From NCBI RefSeq assembly GCF_006345805.1, contig NC_042999.1, forward strand, positions 6,820,001 through 6,884,000: DNA of 64,000 nucleotides, written 5' to 3'. Shown in pieces: positions 37,056 through 49,561 of the stretch. Origin of the DNA: Octopus sinensis. Its lineage: Eukaryota. Both the position numbers and the translations under genes were made by a program. The notes beneath the pieces are model-generated. The model searched no databases, had not been told where the DNA came from, and was given only the letters and a program-made list of their open reading frames with translations. How positions within the stretch are numbered: the first letter of the stretch is position 1; each line of letters begins with the position of its first letter.

Positions 37056-38222
37056 GTTGTTGCTGCTGTTGTTGTTGTTGTTGTTAAGCAACAAGACAGG
37101 TAAGGGTGATTAGGTGATGGTCTAGGGCTTAGGGGTAGGGGACCCCAGACCTTGGAAAAAAAAACTTTGGTCGTCTTGTTGTAGTCGAAGGCTCTTCGTC
37201 GACACCTGACACCACTGGGAGGTGGCCCTCGAAGACGCTGGAAATGGAAATTCTTGAACGGCTGCTGCTGATGCTATGATATAGTGAGAGGTAGATATGC
37301 TCGAAGTTCATATCCTGCTATATTATCTTTGTCTTCAATCTCCCCAGAGACGGAAAGCAAAGATAATACTGGTACTTCGAAAGCGGTACCCGGTTTGATT
37401 CAATCTTCTCTAAACCTATACGTTTATTAAAAATCAACATTGCTTATTCTTTTTCTAGGAACAAATGATAATAGCCTGAAAAGAATACAACTCTGAGATT
37501 ATCATGACATTTCCATGTTATTGTTGGAATAATCTTAAAATCAGTAAATATAGAAAAACCCAATAATCTCAAACAACTGCTTTACACAATAAATATCATA
37601 TTTTGCATAATTCTTTGTTTGTTTCCAATTGATTTAAAAACTACTTAGTTTGGCTTTTGTTTTCCAGTTGAAAAATCCATAGGCTTTGCAGAATATGGCT
37701 GATGTTTAACGGAACTTTCTTTACCCATTTCTTTAACTAGATTTACATTACATGGTTGCGAACAAAAACATCAGAATTCAAAGGACAGCTTCCTCGCAAA
37801 AAAAGAAATCACTGCTTCTATGACAAATATGTTTATTATTTATTTTTTTATGATGTTCAACCAGTGTCTTTGGCTAGAGATTGAAGAATGTTTATGAAGC
37901 GGAGGATTTTAGCGCTGACAAAAAGATGTTACAAACTATTATGCAATTTGGTTTTATTCCTTATTATTTTCATAATTATTATTTGTTTGTTCCTTTAAAT
38001 ACTGCAAAAAATAATCGATAGATCAATAGATCAATATTGCTTCGAACTGCATTGTAATACGTGCACACACATACAGTTGTGTATTTCAACATAATTATAT
38101 ACAATATGCACACACACGCGCAGTCTGACATAAACACACACATACACACACACACATACACACACACACATATATATATATATATCCACAAATGCAAACG
38201 TGCATTTGTCTTTGTCTGTCTG

Positions 38223-38254
<32 letters not shown>

Positions 38255-38300
38255 CATAGCTTGAATAAATTACACATTCCACTCGGATTTCAAACTCACC

Positions 38301-38395
<95 letters not shown>

Positions 38396-38453
38396 TGCTA
38401 TGTATTGAGTACCTTATTTACTGTGGTTAACCCCGAATCAACCCGGGACCTAC

Positions 38454-38549
<96 letters not shown>

Positions 38550-38564
38550 ACATGTACATATATG

Positions 38565-38596
<32 letters not shown>

Positions 38597-38751
38597 ATAT
38601 AATATATTATATATATATATATATATATACATACAAATGCAACCAAACACACACGCTCTCTCTCTCATACATACATACATACATATATATAAATATGTAT
38701 ATATATATATATATAATAATATATATATATATATATATATTATATTATATA

Positions 38752-38784
<33 letters not shown>

Positions 38785-38840
38785 CTGGATTACAAAATTT
38801 TTTAATGCAAAACCGTGTATTCAAAACAAATTTTGTTGTG

Positions 38841-39038
38841 TCATATTGCCTTAATATTTAACACTCTCACCGGTTCAATTTCTACTCCTTTATTCAAATT
38901 TTCTCTTCTTTGTGCCTTCCAAAATTTTCGTTGCTTTCGCAACTTTGTCAATGGATGTCAACATCCATTGACAAAGATATAAATAACAAATGAGTGGAAA
39001 TTGAACCCGTGAGTGTGTTCGATATTAAGGCAGTACGA
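38841..39038. repeat. Foldback element: 47-bp imperfect outer arms plus an inner perfect hairpin
   Basis: 38841-38887 vs 38992-39038 are 40/47 complementary; 38943-38957 vs 38962-38976 form a perfect 15-bp stem. Confidence 0.75.
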
Positions 39039-39081
39039 TTCTCCCCAGATTCAATTATATATATGTGTGAGTGTGTGTGCG

Positions 39082-39125
<44 letters not shown>

Positions 39126-40120
39126 CGTGTATTTACATGTGTGCATGTGTTTATGCCTGTATGTATGTATGTATGTATGTATGTATGTATGTATGTATGT
39201 ATGTATGTGTGTGGTGTGTGTATATATATCTTTAGACACGCTTATACATGTATCTATGTGGGTATGTGTATGTGTATCCATGTACGTTTAATGGTTATAG
39301 TTAATGTTTTACTTTACTGCTGTGGGCGGATTATATTTTTTTAACGATCTTCATTTGATCTCAATAAAGTTTACAACATTTTGCTAACGTAACAAACTGT
39401 TTTATCCCGATATTTTTGTTACTAAACACAGAACAAACATAGATGTTGAGTCTGTAATTCTTTTCATTGTAACATTTATAACCGATGTGTCAAATTGTTT
39501 AATATTCTAAACGTTAATTATTGCCGATTTTTATTAATTATTTCGCCTGTTTATAGCTTCGGAGAAATACATGTGAGCGATTCTTCGAACGAACAGAAAA
39601 CCGTTTGAATGAGTGTTCCACAAATGTACACACATACACGGTTATGCATACAGCCTGCTGCTCCATCATCCATTAATTATAAGTGTAAATTGCTATATTA
39701 GTAACTAAGGAATTCGTTAAATGGTTAATTCACCTTTAACTGTCATAAAGATTTTACAATATTCTTGTAGTATTCTTTCAGGTTAAATGCTATTCGTAAT
39801 TCCTAAACCCATTTTTAATCCGTTGTCCATTATCCTAATTTTCATTGAAAATCGATTCCAATGTGGTCTCTGAGAGTTCTAAATAACGGCATTCTAAATT
39901 TATGCTTAAATGCCATTCTTTCTGCTCAATCAATTGGAATATTTAGCTTTGTGGAAGAATTAATCTTGGAAATATGCAGAACAATGTGTCCATTAGTCTG
40001 AAGTTAGGAGAATGTGACAGTTGGAAACAGGAGAGAAATAATGGTCATTGGGGTGGAGGATATGTTTGAGGAATCCTGGGGAGGGACCAATTTCCATTTT
40101 GTGAAGGTGGAGTTTAGTTT

Positions 40121-40706
40121 TAAGGCGGCGAGCTGGCAGAAACGTTAGCACGCCGGGCGAAATGCGTACCCGTATTTCTGAGTTCAAATTCCGCCGAAGT
40201 CGACTTTGCCTTTCATCCTTTCGAGGTCGATAAATTAAGTACCCGTTACGCACTGGGGTCGATATAATCGACTTAATTTGTTTGTCTGTGCTTGTTTGTC
40301 CCATCTCTGTTTAGCCCCTTGTTTGTAGTAAAGAAATAGGTATTTCGTCTGCCATTACGTTCTGAGTTCAAATTCCGCCGAGGTCGACTTTGCCTTTCAT
40401 CCTTTCGTGGTCGATAATTTAAGTACCAGTTACGCACTGGAGTCGATATAATCGACTTAATCCCTGTGTCTGTCCTTGTTTGTCCCCTCTGTGTGTAGCC
40501 CCTTGTGGGTAGCAAAGAAATAGGTATTTCGTCTGCCGTTACGTTCTGAGTTCAAATTCCGCCGAGGTCGACATTGCCTTTCACCCTTTCGAGGTCGATA
40601 AATTAAGTACCCGTTACGCACTGGGGTCGATATAATCGACTTAATGCCTGTGTCTGTCCTTGTTTGTCCTCTCTGTGTGTAGCCCCTTGTGGGTAGTAAA
40701 GAAATA
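40121..40706 (+). mobile_element. SINE B array: head + 3 B2 bodies, with flanking TSD
   Basis: Junctions 40338/40339 and 40522/40523, end 40706 (184-bp period); TSD GGTGGAGTTTAGTT (40106-40119) / GGTAGAGTTTAGTT (40707-40720). Confidence 0.9.
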
Positions 40707-40769
40707 GGTAGAGTTTAGTTGCAAGTAGGAGTTTGTGAGAGGTGGAATTCCCCGTTATATAGGGTCAGG

Positions 40770-41120
40770 AATACTTTATCCTTTGTTTCAGTCATTAGAC
40801 TGTGGCCATGCTGGGGCACCGCCTTGAAGAGTTTTTAGCTGAATGCCTCGACCCTAGTATTATTGTGTTTTTGTGAAGCCTCGTACTAAATCTATCGGTG
40901 CCTTTTGCCGAAGCGATATGTCACGGGGGCGTAAACACACTAACACGGGTTGTCAAGCTGTGATGGAGGACAAACACGGACACAAAGACAGAGTCACACA
41001 CACACACACACACGCGCGCGCGCGTATGCGGCGGGCTTCTTTTAGTTTCTGCCTACCAAATCCACTCAGAAAGCTATGGTCGGCCTGAAGCTATAGTAGA
41101 AGGCATATACTCAAGGTTCC
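40770..41120 (-). mobile_element. Older, headless SINE family A copy
   Basis: Plus strand TTTCAGTCATTAGACTGTGGCCATGCTGGGGCACCGCC ... GGGCTTCTTTTAGTTTCTGCCTACCAAATCC. Confidence 0.75.
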
Positions 41121-41452
41121 CAGTATTGTACACGGAACATATTACCAGTAAAAATGAAAGAGAGATAGGGAGAGAGAGAAAACAGGGTTGGGGGATTTGC
41201 TGATGAGTTTAGATTGGGTAGGAACTGTCATGTAAGCTAATGTTTAAAATCCTTTTACTTAAGAATAACAAATAACAATTGAACAGAAGCATTAAATAAA
41301 ACTACATTCTCTGGCGTGTATGGACATGTTATTGCATTTATCAGGGAGAACGGCATAGATGTAATTACAGATTCAGTCATTGAGCTTTCTCTAGCTTCAT
41401 AGATGCAATACAATATATACATAGAGACATGAATGTATATATATATATATAT

Positions 41453-41775
41453 AAAGACTCCGCCGGTTACGACGACGAGGGTCCCAGCTGATACGATCAA
41501 CGGAACAGCTTGCTCGTGAAATTAACGTGCAAATGGCTGAGCATTCCTCAGACACGTGTACCCTTAACGTAGTTCTCGGGGATAATCAGCGTGACACAGA
41601 GAGTGACAAGGCTGACCCTTTGAAATACAAGTACAACTCAATTTTGCCAGCTGAGTGGACTGGAGCAACGTGAAATAAAGTGTCTTGCTCAAGGACACAA
41701 CGCGTCGCCGGGAATCGAACTCACAACCTTACGATCATGAGCCGAATGCCCTAACCACTAAGCCACGCGCCCTCC
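41453..41775 (-). mobile_element. SINE family C variant with CORE/V-like central domain
   Basis: tRNA head GGAGGGCGCGTGGCTTAGTGGTTAGGGCATTCGG...GAGTTCGATTCC, then GTGTCCTTGAGCAAGACACTTT; 3' half shared with 4700-4900. Confidence 0.82.
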
Positions 41776-41956
41776 ATATATATATATATATATGAATGTA
41801 TGTATGTTCGCACCCAGGCAATATGTGATGTGAATTTAGATTTATTTATTTATGTATCATACGTTTAGCATCAGCAGTAGTCGAAACTAGTATTCGTTTT
41901 GCACTCGTCGTATTCGTTTCATTACCTACCTACCTACATACGTACATACCTACCAC

Positions 41957-42043
<87 letters not shown>

Positions 42044-42058
42044 CTCTCTCTCTATCTA

Positions 42059-42095
<37 letters not shown>

Positions 42096-42099
42096 CTAT

Positions 42100-45066
42100 C
42101 TTGGTTTGCCCTCAAGAGAGCAGTAAAAGCAGAAGCGATTAGGTACAGCAAAGCACTAGCCATAGATAGAAATAGAGTAGAGGGTGAGCTAGTTAAGAAG
42201 CTAGAAGAGGCAATTAGAAGCGGCATCGCATCCGACGTTTTGGCGGCGAGGTTGGCCCTCGACCAACACTTCAACGCCAAACACGAAGGATGTGCTGTCA
42301 GAGCTAGGATGCGTGCTCTAAGGAACGAAGGTGTTGGAGCCGCGAGAGAGGCCCGGTGGCAGAGGCGCAACAAGGCAACAAAGCCACCATTCGGTCCCTG
42401 GTAGATGAACAGGGGCGCGAATTGCTCGAGCCAAGTAAAATGTGTGAGGCCTTTCAGCAGCATTTTGCCCGACTGTTCGGAACGAGTGGAGGGCAAGAAC
42501 GTAGGGTGGACTTCAGTGCCTACCTACATAGCCTACCACGACTCTCGACAAGAAAGGCAGGGTGCTGCGAAGGTGCCATCACGGCGGCGGAAGTGCAGAA
42601 GCGATGGCAGAATGCTCGAGGGACAAATCACCGGGTTTGGATGGTCTAGCCTACGAGCTTTACAATTGTATGCCAGACTTGTTTGGAGATCTCTTGGCGG
42701 CGGTGTACTGCAACTGGCAGCAAAACGGGAGCATTCCTGGTTTTGTGAGCCGAGGAGCCGTAACACTGCTGAAGAAAGATCTAAACAAAGGAAATGTAAT
42801 AGATAACTTTAGGCCCATCACTCTGCTTAATGCAGACTTGAAAATTTTGGCCAAGGTGCTAGCCAAGAGGTTGGCGCTTGTCATCGAGAAACTGGTCGAC
42901 AAGGCGCAAACGTGCGCCGTGCCAGGCCGGACCATCCATGACAACCTCCATCTCATGCGCTACACCATAGACAGGGTAGTTAACGAACCTGGCATGGGTG
43001 GGGCCCTGATCAACTTGGATCAATCGAAAGCCTTTGATAGGGTAGACCATCGATACTTGGAGGCAGTCCTGAGAGCGGCTGGTTTCGGTCCCGTCTTCCG
43101 CGGCTGGATAGCTGCCTTGTACAGAGGCATCCGTTCGGTAATTCGCGTAAATGGACATCTATCGAGACCTTTCGACATTGCACGTTCGGTCCGTCAGGGA
43201 TGCCCCCTCTCGGCGCTTCTATACGTATTGACTCTTGAGCCACTACTGCGGAAGCTGGCGACTCTGAGGGGCATCCCGCGAGAATTGGGATGCGGGACGA
43301 GCGTGTCTGCATACGCGGACGACGTCACCGTCATAGTGTCTACCCACGAGCACATCGAGCTGGTCGGCGAGACACTGAAAAACTACGAAGCGGTGACAGG
43401 AGCGAAAATCAACCGGGAAAAGTCAGTGGGCTTGCGACTAGGCACCTGGAGAAGCAAGCCCATGCCGTCCACCAGCGCCTCCGTCTGGGGACGCTGGACC
43501 GACGGCCCGGTTGAGTTGCTCGGGGTCTGGTTTGGTCCGGACCTCCAAGTGGAGAAGAACTGGAACGAGATAACGAGTAGGGTGGTCACTCTCGCCCGGC
43601 AATGGGCCGAGAGGAAACTGTCCCTAAAAGGTCGAGCGGAGGTGGCGAACACGTACATCGCGTCCGTCATCTACTACCGCCTGACCGTCGTACCTTGTCC
43701 CGACCCTACCATCACCAAACTACAACGCATTCTCTTTCGCTTCTTGTGGAAAGGATGCGTCCCGATGGTCAGGCGATCCATTTGCTCTCAACACCCGTTA
43801 AAAGGAGGGCTGGGCATGCCGTGGTTGATGATGCGCAGATACGCGCTGAGACTGCGACATCTCTGGCTCTATGTAGACGACGGTGAACAGGTGTGGTCGC
43901 CGTTTGTGAGGCACGCTTTCCCGCAGCTCGTCTCCATGACCGAACTGCAGTCGTGGATCAAAAAGAGGCCGAGGAAGGGCGAATGGCACCGCGAGTGTCG
44001 CGTTGCTCTCAAGCAACTCTGCCGTCCTGGGTCGACCTTAAGTGACTTCAACACAACCATAGCATTCTATAGGGGTTTAGTGGAGGGGAGGTACGACGAC
44101 GAGCTCGGGGCGAACCTGGACGTCGACGAGGAGTACCTGACCCCCTGTTCAGGACGACTTTCGGGCCAGGGCCCATGGACAACTTCCAGAGATCCCTGGC
44201 CTGGCAGTGCTACCGAGAAGCGCTACCCGTTCGGGATAAGCTCTACAGACACGGCTCGAGAAACACGGGCCGACCTGCCCGAGGCGGTCAGAGCGACGAA
44301 ACCGTTCTGCACGCACTCGTTCAGTGTCCAACAATTTCCGACCTGTGGGCTTATGTCGAACAACTGCTGTCACGTGTGGGACGAGTCGGTTTATCAGCTG
44401 AGTCTATCGTCAATATTGTCACGCCTCCTTCCTTCAAACGGGAAGGAAGAGCTATTTTCATCATCCTTGTGGCTATGGCGAAAGAATGTATCTGGTGGAC
44501 GCGTCTGAAAGGATTGGAGACAAACACTTTCCTCTCTAGTCAATCTCTCATCAACTTCTTCAAGTACCACTTGAAAAGGAAAGTGAGAGTAGAGAGGCAA
44601 GTTTTGTCTAGCGAATGTTTTAAAAAAAGATGGGTGAATGTAGCAAGAATGGCACGTATGAATGACGAAGCCACCTTGAGCATAATCCTATGAACCCAGA
44701 AATTGAAAACAGAGATTTGCTTATTTGCAAAAAAAAAAAAAAAAAAAAAAAGAAATATAAAATGTGACTTCATTGACCGAGGTTACCGTGGTCTTTTCCG
44801 TAGGCTTTTCTTTCCACGGGTAAACCTCACCTGTCCTCCCCTTTACACTTCATATTGACATTTCTGTGATAACGATCCCTATTGATCAATTTTTTTTCCT
44901 CTCACCCCTTTTTTTAACCCCCCCTTTTTTGTCCTCTTTCTCTCCTTTTACGATCCCTTTTGATCGAAACTCCCCCCTTTCCCTTTTTTTTAAACCTTCA
45001 AAAGAAAAGCTCTACCTTGTAATTTGTTCTATCTGTGTGCAGCCCTGTGTGGCTAATAAAGAAACA
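42100..45066 (+). mobile_element. 5'-truncated Tx1/L1-clade LINE (ORF2 remnant + 3' UTR)
   Basis: RT ORF followed by a T/C-rich UTR ending CAGCCCTGTGTGGCTAATAAAGAAAC; (TCTA)n on both sides. Confidence 0.92.
42102..44693 (+). pseudogene. LINE ORF2 (linker + reverse transcriptase + C-terminal zinc knuckle), frameshifted, endonuclease missing
   Basis: KSPGLDG, NFRPITLLNADLKILAKVLAKRL, LDQSKAFDRVDH, VRQGCPLS, AYADDV, LGVWF, ETVLHALVQC; frame changes near 42356, 42590, 44140 and 44270. Confidence 0.92.
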
Positions 45067-45131
<65 letters not shown>

Positions 45132-45136
45132 CTCCT

Positions 45137-45198
<62 letters not shown>

Positions 45199-46229
45199 CT
45201 TCCTTTTCTCTCTCTCTCTTGCCTTTTCTATCTCTATATGTGTCAATGAAATATATGCCCACGTTTTTATATGATATTCCCACATTCATCGACCCCCTCC
45301 ATCATAAATACAATCATCCACAATTCCATCCACCTTTGTAATAATGAAGGCAAAACACAGAAATGAAATCGTCGACAAAAAAGGTGGAGGACGTCATCAT
45401 AAATTGCGCTGCTAAAAATTTGTGCAGCGAACGGAAATATTTATATATGCCTTGATATGGTAAAATACTTCAATCGTTTGATGGCAACTGCGACCAAAGA
45501 AAATATTAAAAGATCAAATATTTTAACATGGTGTATCGTGAAAATTACATTGATGCATAAAAAATGTGATATTATGGAAGTTACTTTTATAAATTTAGAA
45601 TTAAATTGATGTTCAAAAATTTTACTGATTGTCAGAAAGAGAAAGAAGATAGAGAGATGTCTAAACGTCGTAGCTATTAAATGTGATGAATGGATGCTTA
45701 AACATTGACAGGCGGAGCTCTGCAACATTTTACGATTTACAATTGTGAGCGTTTTTCTTTGCTTACGTCATCGAAAACACTAAGCGAAAAACAAACATAA
45801 AAAAAACCCACCCAACATCACAGCATCTCCGCTCTTCTGTGGATATATGAAAGGAAAATCTCTCTGAAAGATGCTCAAAACTGTAACGGAGAAATTACAT
45901 GTTCAGACTTTTATCAGTTCCTCAACAGCCGAAGGTGTGGTTACGTGGAAAGATGTTTGTTTGCAAACCACATGTTTCAGGGTTCCGTCCTTGTGCGTGG
46001 AACTTTGGTCAATGTCATCTACTATAACTTCGGGTTGACCAAAGCCTTGTAGGTAGATTTGGTAGACAGACACTAAAAAGGAACCCTTCATATATATATA
46101 TATGGTTTATAACTTATCATCTAAATTACGCAAAAATGAAAATAACACTGACATCTCATTTTAACTTATGTATTTGCCAAAATTGCATTAAAATATTTTG
46201 AAATGATAAAGGTTAAAGTTATTCAATAA

Positions 46230-47215
46230 TATCGCCATTGGCGTCAGCCACGGACCCCAGGCAACTCTTCTGGTCGGTCCCCTTGTTTAAGTTGTGAAGG
46301 CTGCCATAATTCTTGCTTTCAGTTCATCTTTGGTATTACAAGGAGTTTTGTTGATCTCTCGCTCAACTGCACCCCACACATAATAATTAAGGGGTGGCTA
46401 GATGTTAGGGGTGATGTGGTGGCAGAAATTGTCCGACAGCCATGAGAGACATGGTGCAGAGTCCTGTTGCCAGACATAGGGTCTTCCAGTGACCCTCTTG
46501 TCCCAGAGCAGCACTACCTCCTCCAGGCACTTGATGTAGGCCTCCATGTTGAGTCTGAGGCCGTGTGGGAAGATGAAGGGAGGCATAATGCTGTCATCAC
46601 TAGTGATCACTCCAGACACCATGATGTTGACTGGATGTTTGATTTTTATCCCTCTTGGTACATGTTTTGGTGACACTGCAGCCCAACAGTTGTTCTTTAT
46701 GTTCACCATTTGATCCTGGCAGAAATTTTTCTCGTCTGAGAAAAACCAAATCATGTTCGGTTGGAGGGGATGTTTGAGTTTAGTCAAAAACTTTGCAGTG
46801 CGGTCTTTCCTCTTGTCCTTGATGGCTTGTGATAAAAACTGGCCCTTTCTCATCTTGAACGTGGAATACCGAATGTCTTCATTCACTACCTGCCTGATAA
46901 GAAACTCAGACACTCCCTTGTCCCTGGTGATAGACCTGACTGACTTGGAGGGATCGTTGTCAATCATGGCCTGGATCTCACCAACAAATTCAGGATTCTT
47001 TTCTTATCAGAGCTGTTGGACCTTCTTAATCACCATTAGACTCATCCAACTCTTTCCGAATCCTCTGCACTGTCCTCAGATTGACATCCAAACATTCTGA
47101 AATGTTCGTATGGGAGCTTCCGGCACAAATGCTAAGCAGTATAGCATGTCGTCTCCAAATTTCTGGCAGAATGAATTATATCATGGTGCTGTTCTTTTCA
47201 CAGACGGTGCCCAAC
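46230..47215 (-). pseudogene. Degenerate Tc1/mariner-superfamily transposase, DD37D (maT)-like
   Basis: IWFFSDEKNF, YVWQQDSAP, then *PPLNYYVWGAVERE where the SPDxNPLD segment is deleted; N-terminal HTH-like SVRSITRDKGVSEFLIRQVV. Confidence 0.82.
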
Positions 47216-47306
47216 TGACCCTACTGTGTTGTGTACTCAACAAAATCAAAAACATTGTGCATGCGCGAAATTAAAAATATAAAATGGCAACGATTTACTT
47301 CTCGCA

Positions 47307-47343
<37 letters not shown>

Positions 47344-47883
47344 TATACATATACATGTGTGTGCGTGTGTGCGTGTGTTTGTATGCGTGATTGTCCACCC
47401 ACCACCGCTTGACAACCGGTGTTGACATGTTCACGTCCTCATAACTTAGCGTTTCGGCAAAACACTCAATAAAACAAATAACAGGCTTGACGAAAAGGAA
47501 AAAGTAATAGCTACTAGGGTCATATCTTCCCACAAAAAATATTCAAGGCGGTGCTCCAGCATTGCCGCAGTCTAATGACTGAATCAAAAGGTAAAAAAGG
47601 TATTATCTTCCTATCGATCACCCTCTGGTTTACCTTCGATTGGTCTTCGTATGTTTGATTAGTTGAAATAAATCGATCGCTGTCAATTTAGGGTTGGTAT
47701 TGATTCCGGTGACATCACACAGTCATTGATTGTCGCCCATTTACTGCGAGGCGGGGAAAGTCGATATTTTGACGGCTAAAAATTGTAACACTTGAATTAC
47801 TCTCAAAGGTTTGGGCCGTGACTTTTCTTTGATGTTTTTGTTTTTAACTTTCATTTGCTGTAGATTATTATTGATTTTTGCTG

Positions 47884-47906
47884 TCATCATCTTCATCATC
47901 ATCATC

Positions 47907-47973
<67 letters not shown>

Positions 47974-48016
47974 CCATCATCACCACCATCATCATCACCA
48001 TCACCATCATCATCAC

Positions 48017-48075
<59 letters not shown>

Positions 48076-48091
48076 CCATAATCACCATCAC

Positions 48092-48124
<33 letters not shown>

Positions 48125-48125
48125 T
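47884..48125. repeat. (CAT)n/(CAC) trinucleotide tract
   Basis: Directly visible. Confidence 0.95.
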
Positions 48126-48134
48126 ATAATAGAA

Positions 48135-48330
48135 AGGCAAGGCGAGCTGACAGAATCGTTAGCACGGTGGGCGAAAAGGCTTGGCGGTATTAAGCCCGTC
48201 GCTACGTTCAAATTTGACTTTACCTTTCATACTTTCGGGGTCGATAAATTAAGTACCAGTGAAATACTGAGGTCGTTGTAATTGATTTGCCTCCTCCTCC
48301 AAAATTTCAGGCCTTGTGCCTATAGCAGAA
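48135..48330 (+). mobile_element. SINE B1 copy
   Basis: AAGGCAAGGCGAGCTGACAGAATCGTTAGC head; B1 tail CCTCCTCCAAAATTTCAGGCCTTGTGCC. Confidence 0.8.
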
Positions 48331-48413
48331 AGGTTTATTATCGTTATTATTATTGAGTGAGAGAGCAGTGACATTGGGGTAAAATATACGAAGCCCAGTA
48401 CACCCAGTATAAA

Positions 48414-49110
48414 GATGAAGGTGAGAGTAGAGAGGGAAGTTTTGTCTTGTGAATGTTTCAGAAAAGATGGGTGAATGTAGCAAGGATACCTATTTCTTTA
48501 TTACCCACAAGGGGCTAAACACAGAGGGGACAAACAAGGACAGACATAGGTATTAAGTCGATTACATCGACTCCAGTGCGTAACTGGTACTTAATTTATC
48601 GACCCCGAAAGGATGAAAGGCAAAGTCGACCTCGGTGGAATTTGAACTCACAACGTAACGCAAACGAAATACCGCTAAGCATTTCGCCCGGCGTTCTAAC
48701 GTTTCTGCTAGCTCGCCGCCTTTGTAGCAAGGATACCACGTGAGAATGACGGAGCCAGTTTGAACATAATCCTATGAACAAAAAGAAAAAAAAAACGAAA
48801 GGAAAAAAGAAACCCACTTACTGTAATGTGTTTTCCTTTTGAATGACTCTATTGCCCAAGGTTCCCGTAGTCTTTTCCGTAGGCTTTTCTATCCACGGAC
48901 AAACCTAATCTGTTTTCCCTTTTTACATTGACATTTCTATGATACACGATCCCTATTGATCGTCCCCACCTTTTTTCTTTTTTTTTCACGAATCCTTTTC
49001 ATCGGATTTCGACCCCTTTTTTTCTTCCCCTCTTCTTCCCAAGAAGAAAAGCTCTACTTTGTATTTTGTCCCGTCCGTGTTCAGCCCTGCGTGGCCAATA
49101 AAGAAATCTA
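48414..49110 (+). mobile_element. Second, diverged Tx1-like LINE 3' end, interrupted by a SINE B2
   Basis: Aligns to 44575-45066 (KVRVER.V..ECF..RWVNVAR and UTR); ends CAGCCCTGCGTGGCCAATAAAGAAATCTA. Confidence 0.85.
48491..48722 (-). mobile_element. Full-length monomeric SINE B2 with 15-bp TSD
   Basis: TGTAGCAAGGATACC at 48476-48490 and 48723-48737. Confidence 0.93.
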
Positions 49111-49454
49111 TTTCATTTTTGTATTTGGTTTGCAAGATACTTGATGTGAATTCGTTTGTTGAAACAATTCTTGTCTCTTGGGAGTCATAACGTGGAATCG
49201 AACCTGTGCACGTATTATTGTTATAGGCGTAATGACTTTTCCAAGATACAAAAAAAAAATGGCAATATTACCTACGGAGGAGAGGCCCTTGTCGAGAGGA
49301 AATTCTAATTTCTGCTGAGTCTACAGAAGACTTCTATGAAGACGCTCAAAATTGTCTCGTTATTATACCTTTAAAATAAGTATTTGTATTTTGGCAGAAA
49401 AATAAGATTATTTAGGCAATCCACTGAGATTATTCTGCCGATCCACTACATTTA

Positions 49455-49543
<89 letters not shown>

Positions 49544-49561
49544 ATAATGATGATGATAATA

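Noticed and set aside
40121-40706. Regularly spaced repeats resembling a CRISPR array or satellite
   Set aside because: The units are whole 184-bp SINE bodies with no unique spacers; there are no cas genes and the context is eukaryotic.
46090-47310. Terminal inverted repeats for the DD37D-like element
   Set aside because: Only TATGGT matches between the candidate ends, which is not enough to define TIRs.
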